Assembly (NCBI GenBank): GCA_038233375.1 | Contig: JBBSMC010000005.1 | Location: forward strand, 2,296 to 66,295 | Length of the DNA stretch: 64,000 nt | Direction of reading: 5' to 3' | Source of the DNA: Solirubrobacterales bacterium | GTDB lineage: Bacteria; Actinomycetota; Thermoleophilia; Solirubrobacterales; Solirubrobacteraceae | Part shown: piece by piece, positions 1 to 10,122 of the stretch | How positions within the stretch are numbered: position 1 is the stretch's first letter | Layout: every line of letters begins with the position of its first letter | Made by a program: the position numbers and the translations under genes | Notes under the pieces: model-generated | The model's input: only the letters and a program-made list of their open reading frames with translations | What the model was told of the DNA's origin: nothing | Databases searched by the model: none

Positions 1-2
1 GC

Positions 3-1505
3 ATGCCCACCGCAGTCACCACCACCGTCACCGAGCTGCCCGATTCGCGCGTGAGCGTCGACGTCGAGGTCGCCGCCGAGGAGATCCAGAAGTCGCTGGA
101 GTCTCAAGCGCGCAAGCTCGGCCGCGAGATGAAGGTCCCCGGGTTTCGTACCGGCAAGATCCCGCCGGCGGTCGTCATCCAGCGCATCGGCCGTGAGCCG
201 ATCCTCGACGAGGCCGTCCGCGGCCGCCTGACCGACTGGTACATGAAGGCCGTCGACGAGTCCGGCATCGCCCCCGTCGGCGACCCCGACGTCGATCTGG
301 ACTTCGGCAAGCTGCCCAACGAGGGCAAGCCGCTGAGCTTCTCCTTCGAGGTCGGCGTGCGCCCCACGGCGACGCTCGGCAGGTACCGCGAGCTCGAGGT
401 CGTGCGCCGCGAGGCGGCCGCCGACCCCGAGGACGTCGACGCGCAGATCGACGAGATGCGCGAGCGCATGGCCCGACTCGAGGTCGTCGACCGCCCCGCC
501 GCCAACGGCGACTTCGTGATCCTCGACTTCGTCGGCACGATCGACGGCGAGCCGTTCGAGGGCGGCGAGGGCCGCGACCAGCTCGTCGAGGTCGGCGCCG
601 GCCGTCTCATCCCCGGCTTCGAGGAGGGCCTCGTCGGCGTCGCCGCCGGCGAGCAGAAGACCGTCGACGCGACGTTCCCCGACGACTACGCCGCCAAGCA
701 CGTCGCCGGCAAGCCGGCGCGGTTCGAGTTCACGGTCAAGGAGGTCAAGCACAAGGACCAGCCGCCGCTCGACGACGACTTCGCCAACGACGCGGCGGGC
801 TACGACACGCTCGACGAGTTGCGCGAGTCGATCGCCAAGGAGCTGCTCGAGCACGACGCCACCCGCGTCGAGGCCGACTTCCGCGCGGGGGCGCTGGACG
901 CCGTCGTAGACGAGGCGACGGTCGACGTACCGCAGCCGCTCGTCACCGCGCGCGCCAAGGAGCTGCTGGACCGCATGCTGCACTCGCTCGGTCACCAGGG
1001 TATCTCCAAGGAGGCCTACCTCCAGATCACCGGCAAGACCGAGGACGAGCTGCTCGAGCAGTCAAAGCCCGACGCCGAGCTCGCACTGCGCCGCGAGGCC
1101 GTGCTGGCGGCGGTCATCGACGCCGAGAAGATCGAGCCGAACGAGGACCAGCTGCTCGACGCGCTAGAGGAGGCGGCGACGCGCGAGCAGACCTCGCGCA
1201 AGAAGCTGCTCGACCGCCTGAAGCAGGCCGGCCGCGTCGACATGCTCATCAAGGAGGTCGCCGCCGAGCAGGCGATCGACCTCGTGGTGACGACGGCCGT
1301 GCCGGTCGCCCCGCAGGAGAAGGCCGCCGAGAAGCCCGCCAAGGCCGCCAAGACGAAGGCGCCGGCGGCCAAGGCCAAGGCCAAGAAGCCGGCGGCCAAG
1401 AAGCAGGCGCCGGCCAAGCAGCAGGGCGACAAGGGCGGCGAGCTGTGGACGCCCGAGAAGGACGCCGCCGCCAAGAAGGACAAGCTCTGGACCCCCGAGT
1501 CATAG
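3..1505 (+). CDS. tig: Trigger factor with a Lys/Ala-rich C-terminal tail
   Basis: Complete ORF from the ATG at 3. It carries the GFRTGKIP ribosome-binding signature (GFRxGxxP) and lies upstream of clpP-clpX, the usual arrangement. Confidence 0.9.
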   Translation: MPTAVTTTVTELPDSRVSVDVEVAAEEIQKSLESQARKLGREMKVPGFRTGKIPPAVVIQRIGREPILDEAVRGRLTDWYMKAVDESGIAPVGDPDVDLDFGKLPNEGKPLSFSFEVGVRPTATLGRYRELEVVRREAAADPEDVDAQIDEMRERMARLEVVDRPAANGDFVILDFVGTIDGEPFEGGEGRDQLVEVGAGRLIPGFEEGLVGVAAGEQKTVDATFPDDYAAKHVAGKPARFEFTVKEVKHKDQPPLDDDFANDAAGYDTLDELRESIAKELLEHDATRVEADFRAGALDAVVDEATVDVPQPLVTARAKELLDRMLHSLGHQGISKEAYLQITGKTEDELLEQSKPDAELALRREAVLAAVIDAEKIEPNEDQLLDALEEAATREQTSRKKLLDRLKQAGRVDMLIKEVAAEQAIDLVVTTAVPVAPQEKAAEKPAKAAKTKAPAAKAKAKKPAAKKQAPAKQQGDKGGELWTPEKDAAAKKDKLWTPES

Positions 1506-1615
1506 CGAGCGGGTAGCACACGCGCCCCGCCCGGAAGCGTCCGGACGGGAGTCGGGCGATTGGTACGCTGCCCCGGCAGGACTTCACCAGACGACGCCTA
1601 ACTGAAGCGAGGACC

Positions 1616-2200
1616 ATGAGCCCCCTTGTCCCGATGGTGGTTGAGCAGACGTCGCGAGGCGAACGCGCCTTCGACATCTACAGCCGGCTGCTCAACGAGC
1701 GCATCGTCTTCATGGGCCAGCAGGTCGATGACCAGATCGCGAACCTCGTCGTCGCACAGCTCCTTCACTTGGAGTCCGAGGATCCCGACAAGGACATCTC
1801 GCTGTACATCAACTCGCCCGGCGGATCGGTCTACGCGGGCCTGGCGATCTACGACACGATGCAGTTCATCAAGCCCGACGTGTCGACGATCTGCGTCGGC
1901 ATCGCGATGTCGATGGGGGCGCTGCTGCTGGCCGGCGGCGCGGAGGGCAAGCGCATGGCGCTGCCCAATGCGAAGATCCTCATCCACCAGGTCTCCAGCG
2001 GCTTCCAGGGCCAGGCGACGGACATCGAGATCCACGCCAAGGAGATCATCGACATCCGCCAGCGGCTGGACCAGATCATCGCCAAGCACACCAAGCAGCC
2101 CTACGAGAAGGTCCGCACCGACACGGAGCGCGACTACTTCCTGAGTAGCGAAGAGGCCAAGGACTACGGCATCATTGACCGGGTGATCTCCCAGCACTAG
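1616..2200 (+). CDS. clpP: ATP-dependent Clp protease proteolytic subunit
   Basis: 194 aa. N-terminus reads [19 protein letters not shown]. Catalytic Ser context is [11 protein letters not shown] and His context is ILIHQ. The gene sits between tig and clpX. Confidence 0.95.
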   Translation: MSPLVPMVVEQTSRGERAFDIYSRLLNERIVFMGQQVDDQIANLVVAQLLHLESEDPDKDISLYINSPGGSVYAGLAIYDTMQFIKPDVSTICVGIAMSMGALLLAGGAEGKRMALPNAKILIHQVSSGFQGQATDIEIHAKEIIDIRQRLDQIIAKHTKQPYEKVRTDTERDYFLSSEEAKDYGIIDRVISQH

Positions 2201-2216
2201 GCGGCTGGCAGTACCG

Positions 2217-3491
<1,275 letters not shown>

Positions 3492-3520
3492 CGGCGCACG
3501 GCGCCGGGTACCATCCGCCG

Positions 3521-3790
3521 ATGGCCTCCCTGATGCGCGTCCGCGCGATGCCCTGGCTCATGGTGTTCGAGCTCGCCGTCACGCTGCGCAAGCACTGGCG
3601 CCGCCTCGAGCCCGCCGACCGCAACCGCCTCGCCGAGCTCGTCAAGAAGTCCCAGGGCCGGCCGCACCGGCTGACGGCGTCCGAGCGCACCGAGATGCGC
3701 GGCCTCGTCGCCAAGCTCGAGCCCGGCCAGATCGCGCGCAGCGTCATGCCGATCGGCCGCCGCGCGATCAAGGGTCGCCGCGGGCGCTAG
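3521..3790 (+). CDS. Small basic hypothetical protein (89 aa)
   Basis: Internal ATG of ORF 3389..3790, located just after the clpX stop. GC3-rich codons and no recognisable motif. Confidence 0.35.
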   Translation: MASLMRVRAMPWLMVFELAVTLRKHWRRLEPADRNRLAELVKKSQGRPHRLTASERTEMRGLVAKLEPGQIARSVMPIGRRAIKGRRGR

Positions 3791-3890
3791 CGCGTTCGCG
3801 GTCCGGTGCGCGTTGGTGCGCACGGGGCTCGTCGCCGGGCCGTTCGGACGGGGCGCCGATGCCCGCCGACGCTCCATAGACTGGATCGTC

Positions 3891-6569
3891 GTGTCCACGG
3901 GAGACCTGCAAGCACGCACGCGCTTCGAGCCGGCCGACGTCGAGCCGCGGATCCTCGCGCGCTGGCTGGAGTCCGGCCTGGTGCACCCAGAGGCCGCCGG
4001 AACGACGGAGCAGAACTTCTCGATCGCGATCCCGCCGCCCAACGTCACGGGCGCGCTGCACATGGGCCACGCGCTGAACTGGACGATCCAGGACGTCCTG
4101 ATCCGCACGAACCGCATGCGCGGGCGGCGCGCGAAGTGGATCTTCGGCACCGACCACGCCGGCATCGCCACGCAGCGCCAGGTCGAGAAGCTGCTCGTGA
4201 CCGAGGGCACGTCGCGCGTCGAACTCGGCCGCGAGCGCTTCCAGGAGCGCGTCTGGCAATGGCGCGAGCGCTACGGCGGCGAGATCATCGAGCAGGGCAA
4301 GCGCCTCGGTGCGACGCCCGACTACGAGGACGAGCGCTTCACGATGGACGAGCGCTACGTCCAGGCCGTGCTGAAGGTCTTCGTCGAGCTCTACGAGCAG
4401 GGCCTGATCTACCGCGACCACTACATGGTCAACTGGGATCCGGGCCTGCGCTCGGCGATCTCCGACCTCGAGGTGCAGGAGCGCGAGGGCGTCGTCGACA
4501 CGCTGTACTCGATCGCCTATCCGCTGGTCTCGGGCGATGGCGAGCTCGTCGTGGCGACGGTGCGCCCGGAGACGATGCTCGCCGACACCGCCGTGGCGGT
4601 GCACCCCGACGACGAGCGCTACGCGCACCTCGTCGGCCGGGAGGTCGTCCTGCCGCTCGTCGGCCGCCGCCTGCCGATCATCGCCGATGAGTACGTCAAG
4701 ACCGACTTCGGCACGGGCGCGCTGAAGATCACCCCCGGCCACGACCCCAACGACTTCGAGATCGGCCGCCGCCACGGCCTGGAGGAGATCAGCGTCATCG
4801 GCGAGGACGGCCTGATGACCGCCGCCGCCGGCCGCTACGCCGGGCTGAAGGTGGTCGAGGCGCAGGAGCGCGTCGTCGCCGACCTCGAGGCGCTCGGCGC
4901 GATCCGCGCGCGCGAGGAGTACGTCCACACCGTGCCGTTCAGCCAGCGCTCCGGCGAGCGCGTCGAGCCGCTGATCTCACTGCAGTGGTTCATGCGCATG
5001 GACGAGCTGGCCGGCCCGGCGATCGATGCCGTGCGCGACGGGCGCATCAAGATCCACCCCGAGTCGCAGTCGCGGCGCTACGTCGACTGGCTGGAGAACA
5101 TCCGCCCGTGGTGCATCTCGCGCCAGCTGTGGTGGGGCCACCAGATCCCGGTGTGGTACCGCGAGGACACCCGAATCGAGGGAGAGAACGATTCGGGCGC
5201 GCGCGAGACCCACGTCGGCGCGACGCCGCCCGAGGGCGAGGGCTGGGAGCAGGACCCCGACGTGCTCGACACCTGGTTCTCGTCGGGGCTGTGGCCGTTC
5301 GCGACGCTCGGCTGGCCGCAGGACACGCCGCAGTTGCGCGCTTTCCATCCGACGGACGTCCTCTCGACGGGCCGCGACATCCTCTTTCTCTGGGTCGCGC
5401 GGATGGTGATGCTCGGGCTGCGCTTCACCGGCGACATCCCGTTCGAGCACGTCTACATCCATTCGATCATCCAGGCGCCGGACGGGCGGCGGATGAGCAA
5501 GTCGCTGGGCACCGGGGTGGACCCCCTGGCGCTCGTCGAAGGCGGTCCGCGCCCCGAGGTGTTCGCCAGGAAGCCGGGCGAGGATCCGGGCGAGTTTCCC
5601 GCCTACGGCGCCGACGCCGTGCGCTTCGGCCTGCTGGCGATGTCCTCCACGCAGGACGTGCGCTTCAGCGAGGAGAAGATCGCTCAGGGGCAGGCGCTCG
5701 CCAACAAGCTCTACAACGCGACGCGCTTCGTCGTGACGCGCGTCGGGCACGGGGCCGGCTCCGCGGAGGCTGCCGGACCGCAGCCGCGCACCGTCGAGGA
5801 CCGCTGGATCCTCTCGCGCCTGCAGGCGGCCAAGGCCGAAACCCAGGCGCGCCTGGACAGCTTCGACTTCGCGAAGGTGGCGCTCGGCCTCTACGACTTC
5901 ATCTACGGCGAGCTGTGTGACTGGTACCTGGAGATCGTCAAGCCGCGCCTCGGCGAGGACGCCGACCCGGACGACCGCGAGGCGCTCGCCGCGACGCTCC
6001 TGCACGTCCTGCGCGAGACGGTCGCCGCCGCCCATCCCGTGATCCCGTTCGTCACCGAGGAGCTGTGGGACCACGTCCCCGGCACCGAGGGGCTGCTGGC
6101 GACGAGCGCGCTGCCCGCGCCCGACCGCCTGCTCGTCGACCTCGAGGCCGAGGCGCAGATGGGGCAGGCGATCGAGGCGGTACGCATCCTGCGCGCCTGG
6201 CGCGACTCGGTCGGCGTGCGGCCGGGCGCGATCGTGCCCGCGACGCTGAACGCCGCGGGCTACGAGACGACCGCCGACCGCGTTGGCGCGCTCGCGCGGT
6301 TTGCCTTCGACGGCGGCGGGGGCGTCGACGGGGAGGTCGCGAGCGTGGCGGTGCCCGGCGGCACCGTGAGCGTGCTCGAGTCCGGCGACGTGGACCTCGG
6401 CGCAGCCGAGCGACGCCTGCAGCAGCAGCGCGAGACGCTGCGCAGCGAGATCGAGCGCGCCCAGCGCAAGCTCGCCAACGAGGGCTTCGTGGCGAAGGCG
6501 CCGGCCGCAGTGGTCGACGGCGAGCGCGCGAAGCTCGAGCGCCTGCGGGCGGAGCTGCGGTCGCTGTGA
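3891..6569 (+). CDS. valS: Valine--tRNA ligase
   Basis: Class I aaRS motifs PPPNVTGALHMGH (HIGH-type) and RMSKS (KMSKS), with a C-terminal coiled coil. The ORF opens at 3813. The GTG at 3891 (VSTGDLQARTRFEP) matches the usual N-terminus, so the start is uncertain. Confidence 0.9.
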   Translation: MSTGDLQARTRFEPADVEPRILARWLESGLVHPEAAGTTEQNFSIAIPPPNVTGALHMGHALNWTIQDVLIRTNRMRGRRAKWIFGTDHAGIATQRQVEKLLVTEGTSRVELGRERFQERVWQWRERYGGEIIEQGKRLGATPDYEDERFTMDERYVQAVLKVFVELYEQGLIYRDHYMVNWDPGLRSAISDLEVQEREGVVDTLYSIAYPLVSGDGELVVATVRPETMLADTAVAVHPDDERYAHLVGREVVLPLVGRRLPIIADEYVKTDFGTGALKITPGHDPNDFEIGRRHGLEEISVIGEDGLMTAAAGRYAGLKVVEAQERVVADLEALGAIRAREEYVHTVPFSQRSGERVEPLISLQWFMRMDELAGPAIDAVRDGRIKIHPESQSRRYVDWLENIRPWCISRQLWWGHQIPVWYREDTRIEGENDSGARETHVGATPPEGEGWEQDPDVLDTWFSSGLWPFATLGWPQDTPQLRAFHPTDVLSTGRDILFLWVARMVMLGLRFTGDIPFEHVYIHSIIQAPDGRRMSKSLGTGVDPLALVEGGPRPEVFARKPGEDPGEFPAYGADAVRFGLLAMSSTQDVRFSEEKIAQGQALANKLYNATRFVVTRVGHGAGSAEAAGPQPRTVEDRWILSRLQAAKAETQARLDSFDFAKVALGLYDFIYGELCDWYLEIVKPRLGEDADPDDREALAATLLHVLRETVAAAHPVIPFVTEELWDHVPGTEGLLATSALPAPDRLLVDLEAEAQMGQAIEAVRILRAWRDSVGVRPGAIVPATLNAAGYETTADRVGALARFAFDGGGGVDGEVASVAVPGGTVSVLESGDVDLGAAERRLQQQRETLRSEIERAQRKLANEGFVAKAPAAVVDGERAKLERLRAELRSL

Positions 6570-6579
6570 GGCCGTCGCG

Positions 6580-7908
6580 ATGACCCGTGCCGGCCTCGAC
6601 GCCGGCGCCGCCCGGACTCATGGCGCGGAGGACGCCGAGCGCTGGCTGCTGTCGCTCGAGCTGTTCGGGATGCGCTTCGGCCTGGACCGCATGCGGCGGC
6701 TGATGACCGCGCTCGACGCCCCGCACGCGCGCTTCTCGGCGATCCACGTCGTCGGCACCAACGGCAAGTCCTCGACCGTGCGGATGATCGCGGCGCTGCT
6801 GCACCATCACGGCATCCGTGCCGGCGCGTACCTCTCGCCACACCTCGTCTCCTTCGCCGAGCGCATCCGTGTCGACGGCGCGGACGTCTCGCCGCAGCAG
6901 TTCGCCGAGGCGGTCGGCCGCGCGCGTCGCGCCACGCAGCTCGTCGACCGCACGCTGGACGCCGACGACCGCGTCACGCAGTTCGAGGCGCTGACGGCCG
7001 CGGCCTACGCCCAGCTGGCCGAGGCCGGCGTCGAGGTCGCGGTCGTCGAGGCCGGCCTGGGCGGGCGCTGGGATGCGACGAACGTCATCGACGCCCGCGT
7101 CGCCGTGCTGACGAACGTCGGGCTCGAGCACACGCGCTGGCTCGGGCCGACCGTCGCGGACATCGCCCGCGAGAAGCTCGCGGTCGTCAAACGGTCTGAC
7201 CCACCCACCACGCTCGTGCTGGGCGGCGACCTGCACCCCGAGGCCGAGGCCGAGGCGCTGATCGTGGCCGAACGCCAGGAGGCGACGATCGTACGCGCGC
7301 CCGCCGCGCCGCCCGCGGGGACCGAGCTCGTGGCGCGAGGCGCGTTTCAGCGGCGCAACTTCGCCGTCGCGTGCGCCGCCGCCGAGGCGTGGCTGGGGCG
7401 TCTGGAAGACGACGCGGTCCGCGCGGCCGCGGCGTCCACCGTCGTACCCGGGCGCTTCGAGGTGCTGGCGGCCGATGGCGCGATCGAGGTCGTCCTCGAC
7501 GGCGCGCACAACGCGGGCGGGATCGCGGCGCTCACCGGATCGCTGCCGGACTTCGTGGCGGGGCGCCCGCTCGTGGCCGTCCTGTCGGTGCTCGACGACA
7601 AGGACGCCGCCACGATGCTCGAGACGCTCCTGCCGCTCTGCGCCGGCGTCGTGTTCACCGCCAACGTCAACCCGCGAGCCCTCTCGCCGGCGACGCTCGC
7701 CTCACTGGCCGGCCAGATCGGCACGCCGGCGGTCACCCGCGTCGAGGCTGACCCGCATCGCGCCGTCGCGCTCGCCCGCGGCCTCGCCCGCGGCCTCGCC
7801 CGCGAGCTCGACGCGGGCGGCGGAGGGGTCGTCCTCGCCACCGGCTCGATCTACCTCGTCGCCGACCTCGTACGGCCGGCCGGCGCGGGCCGGGGGTCGA
7901 CGCTGTGA
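6580..7908 (+). CDS. folC: Folylpolyglutamate synthase / dihydrofolate synthase
   Basis: Mur-ligase P-loop VVGTNGKSST. The valS-folC-ndk synteny supports the call. Confidence 0.85.
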   Translation: MTRAGLDAGAARTHGAEDAERWLLSLELFGMRFGLDRMRRLMTALDAPHARFSAIHVVGTNGKSSTVRMIAALLHHHGIRAGAYLSPHLVSFAERIRVDGADVSPQQFAEAVGRARRATQLVDRTLDADDRVTQFEALTAAAYAQLAEAGVEVAVVEAGLGGRWDATNVIDARVAVLTNVGLEHTRWLGPTVADIAREKLAVVKRSDPPTTLVLGGDLHPEAEAEALIVAERQEATIVRAPAAPPAGTELVARGAFQRRNFAVACAAAEAWLGRLEDDAVRAAAASTVVPGRFEVLAADGAIEVVLDGAHNAGGIAALTGSLPDFVAGRPLVAVLSVLDDKDAATMLETLLPLCAGVVFTANVNPRALSPATLASLAGQIGTPAVTRVEADPHRAVALARGLARGLARELDAGGGGVVLATGSIYLVADLVRPAGAGRGSTL

Positions 7909-8021
7909 ACCACGAGGGCCCGTCGGCGCTGAAGCTCATCGCCGCCGTCGCGCTGCTCGTGGCGGTCACGATCCTGTTCTGGTTCGGCGTCGGCTACGGC
8001 CTCGGCCGCCTCTTCCTCTGA
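7905..8021 (+). CDS. Possible small membrane protein (38 aa)
   Basis: The GTG start overlaps the folC stop (GTGA). It encodes one hydrophobic helix (LKLIAAVALLVAVTILFWFGVGYGL). From memory, many actinobacteria carry a small membrane protein between folC and ndk. Confidence 0.3.
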   Translation: MNHEGPSALKLIAAVALLVAVTILFWFGVGYGLGRLFL

Positions 8022-8068
8022 CGACCGCCTACCACGTCATCCCTCGCGCCGGATAAGCTGCCTCGATC

Positions 8069-8545
8069 GTGCTTGCCGTCTTTGGCATCAACAGCGATGG
8101 GCTGAACCTTGCGGTCAACATGCTCATCCTGTTTCTCGTCGTCATCTACCTGGCGCTCGTGTACTGGACGTACATGGACGCGATCAGGCGGATCGAGGAC
8201 CCGATGCTCGTGATCTGCGCCACGGTCGCATCGCTGTTTCCGTTCGTCGGGACGATCCTCTACGTGATCGTCCGTCCTCCGGAGTACCTCGAGGACATCC
8301 AAGAGCGCGAGCTGGAGATGCAGGCCGCCGAGGCGCGATTGCACGAGGCGAACTACATGCTCTGCCCGCATTGCGACTACGAGGTCAAGGAAGACTTCCT
8401 ACGCTGTCCCAACTGCGTGCGCAAGCTGCGCGACCCGTGCCGCAACTGCGGCCGGCCGCTGGACCCGACCTGGAAGCTCTGCCCGTATTGCGAGGCAGAG
8501 CCGGGCGACGTCGGACGACAGCCGCGGCTGCGCTCCGAAGCCTGA
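8069..8545 (+). CDS. Membrane protein with a PLD-N-like two-helix anchor and a double zinc ribbon
   Basis: Two N-terminal TM helices followed by CPHC...CPNC...CRNC...CPYC (four CxxC pairs). Confidence 0.6.
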   Translation: MLAVFGINSDGLNLAVNMLILFLVVIYLALVYWTYMDAIRRIEDPMLVICATVASLFPFVGTILYVIVRPPEYLEDIQERELEMQAAEARLHEANYMLCPHCDYEVKEDFLRCPNCVRKLRDPCRNCGRPLDPTWKLCPYCEAEPGDVGRQPRLRSEA

Positions 8546-8573
8546 GCTCCCCCCGACCTAGGAGACACACCAC

Positions 8574-8984
8574 ATGGACCGGACTCTGATCCTGGTCAAG
8601 CCCGACGCGTTCGCGAGGGGGCTGACCGGGGAGATCATCGCGCGCTTCGAGCGCAAGGGCCTGAAGCTCACGGCGATGGCGCTGAGGACGCTCGACGAGG
8701 CCACGGCCAAGCGCCACTACGCAGATCACGAGGGCAAGCCCTTCTTCGGCGGCCTGATCGAGTTCATCACCTCCGGGCCGGTCGTCGCGGCGATCTTCGA
8801 GGGCCAAAACGCCGTCGACGCCGGCCGGCAGATCATCGGCGCGACCGATCCCCTGAAGGCAGCGCCCGGCTCGATTCGCGCCGACTACGCCACCGAGATG
8901 CGGCGCAACCTCGTGCACGGCTCGGACTCGCCCGAGTCCGCCGAGCGTGAGATCGCGATCTACTTCGGCGAGGCGGGCTCCTGA
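8574..8984 (+). CDS. ndk: Nucleoside diphosphate kinase
   Basis: 136 aa. N-terminus [13 protein letters not shown] and active-site region NLVHGSDS. Confidence 0.95.
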   Translation: MDRTLILVKPDAFARGLTGEIIARFERKGLKLTAMALRTLDEATAKRHYADHEGKPFFGGLIEFITSGPVVAAIFEGQNAVDAGRQIIGATDPLKAAPGSIRADYATEMRRNLVHGSDSPESAEREIAIYFGEAGS

Positions 8985-9141
8985 CGGTGGGGCCGGATGA
9001 GTCCAGGACGCGCGGTCCCCGAGGCGACATCGGACCCGCTGCAATCGGAGCGAATCGCATCGGATGTGTCTTGGTGGCGGAGGCGTTCGAGGGTCTGACA
9101 ACGACGGGTGGCCCCGGCACAATCGGGTTGCAAAAGACAGC

Positions 9142-9158
9142 TAAGTATCAGATACTTA
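9142..9158. promoter_or_regulatory. Perfect 8-1-8 palindrome TAAGTATC-A-GATACTTA, a candidate operator or promoter element
   Basis: Read directly from the sequence. It is AT-rich in a GC-rich genome and ends 7 nt before the ATG of the first ATPase gene. Confidence 0.4.
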
Positions 9159-9165
9159 TTTGTGA

Positions 9166-10122
9166 ATGCGCTTTCGAGATCGTCCACTCCTCCTCGACGG
9201 CATCGATGCCGCCTTGTACCTTGATCGGCCCGAGCTGGAGTCCAAACTCGTCGAGACGCTGTGGTCGGAGCGCAATGTTCTCCTGCTCGGTGAGCCCGGA
9301 TCGGGCAAGAGCACGCTGCTGCGCAAGGCGGCGAGCTTGCTCGAGAGTCGCGGACGTGCCGCTGTCCTGGTCAACGGGGCATTGGCCCAAGAAGCGACGG
9401 GCCTGCTCGAGCTCGTCGATGACGCTTTGCCCCCGAGCGAAGCCCGTGGTGCACCGCAACGAGCTGCGAGTTCCGGGCTACTGAACGCAGCGCGTCGGCT
9501 GCGGCGCGCGTCGCCGGTGGCGATACTGCTCGACAATCTGGTTGATGGTGAGATCGGCTACGACGTGTTCGGGCGGTTGCGCGACGAACTGTGGGAGCTC
9601 CGGCACCCGTGGGCGGTGGCAGTGCGCCCGCGCGACTCGGGTGCCCTGCGGACCCCGCCGGCAAATGCGTTCTGGTCCAGTGTCGTCGAGATCCCTCCCC
9701 TGGGTTACGACCAGATCGAGCGCCTATTGGCGCTCGGCCTGAACGATGCGGAGTACGAGACCGTTCACCGTGACTGCGTCATCAGTGGCGCGCATCCTCG
9801 GCAGATCATCCGCGCCGCTCAGCAAGCCGTCGCGCAGGGGAGCACCGTTTCATTGGCTCCGGGCCAGGAACTCATCGATCGCGCGACCGAGCTCGGCCGC
9901 AGCGAGGCGATGGCGATGGCGGAGCTGCAGGCGCTTGGGCGACCGGTGAGCGCGCACGATCCTGAGTTGCTCGCACGGCTCGGCTGGTCTCGATCGTACG
10001 CACAGCGCATCCTCGCGCATCTGGAGGCCAACAAGCTGCTGCGGACGATGCCCGAACGTGGCGACCGAGTCGGGCGCCCGCGAAAGCTTTACGAACCCCA
10101 GCCCAGCACGGAGCGCATGTGA
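9166..10122 (+). CDS. Orc1/Cdc6-like AAA+ ATPase with a C-terminal winged-helix-like domain
   Basis: Walker A GEPGSGKST, Walker B-like AILLDN, lid-like IPPLGYDQIERLL, and a C-terminal RILAHLEANKLLRTMPERGDRVGRPRKLYEP. GC is lower than in the flanks. Confidence 0.7.
   Translation: MRFRDRPLLLDGIDAALYLDRPELESKLVETLWSERNVLLLGEPGSGKSTLLRKAASLLESRGRAAVLVNGALAQEATGLLELVDDALPPSEARGAPQRAASSGLLNAARRLRRASPVAILLDNLVDGEIGYDVFGRLRDELWELRHPWAVAVRPRDSGALRTPPANAFWSSVVEIPPLGYDQIERLLALGLNDAEYETVHRDCVISGAHPRQIIRAAQQAVAQGSTVSLAPGQELIDRATELGRSEAMAMAELQALGRPVSAHDPELLARLGWSRSYAQRILAHLEANKLLRTMPERGDRVGRPRKLYEPQPSTERM

Noticed and set aside
1506-1615. A small hairpin (CCGGA-AGCG-TCCGG) after tig as a possible terminator, and TTGGTA...TCACCA as a possible clpP promoter.
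   Set aside because: The stem is only 5 bp with no U-tract. The promoter-like hexamers are weak guesses in a genome whose sigma-factor consensus I do not know.
3791-3890. A T-box or other leader upstream of valS.
   Set aside because: The roughly 100-nt spacer is too short for a T-box, and I saw no specifier or T-box sequence. Part of the spacer may even be coding if valS starts at 3813.
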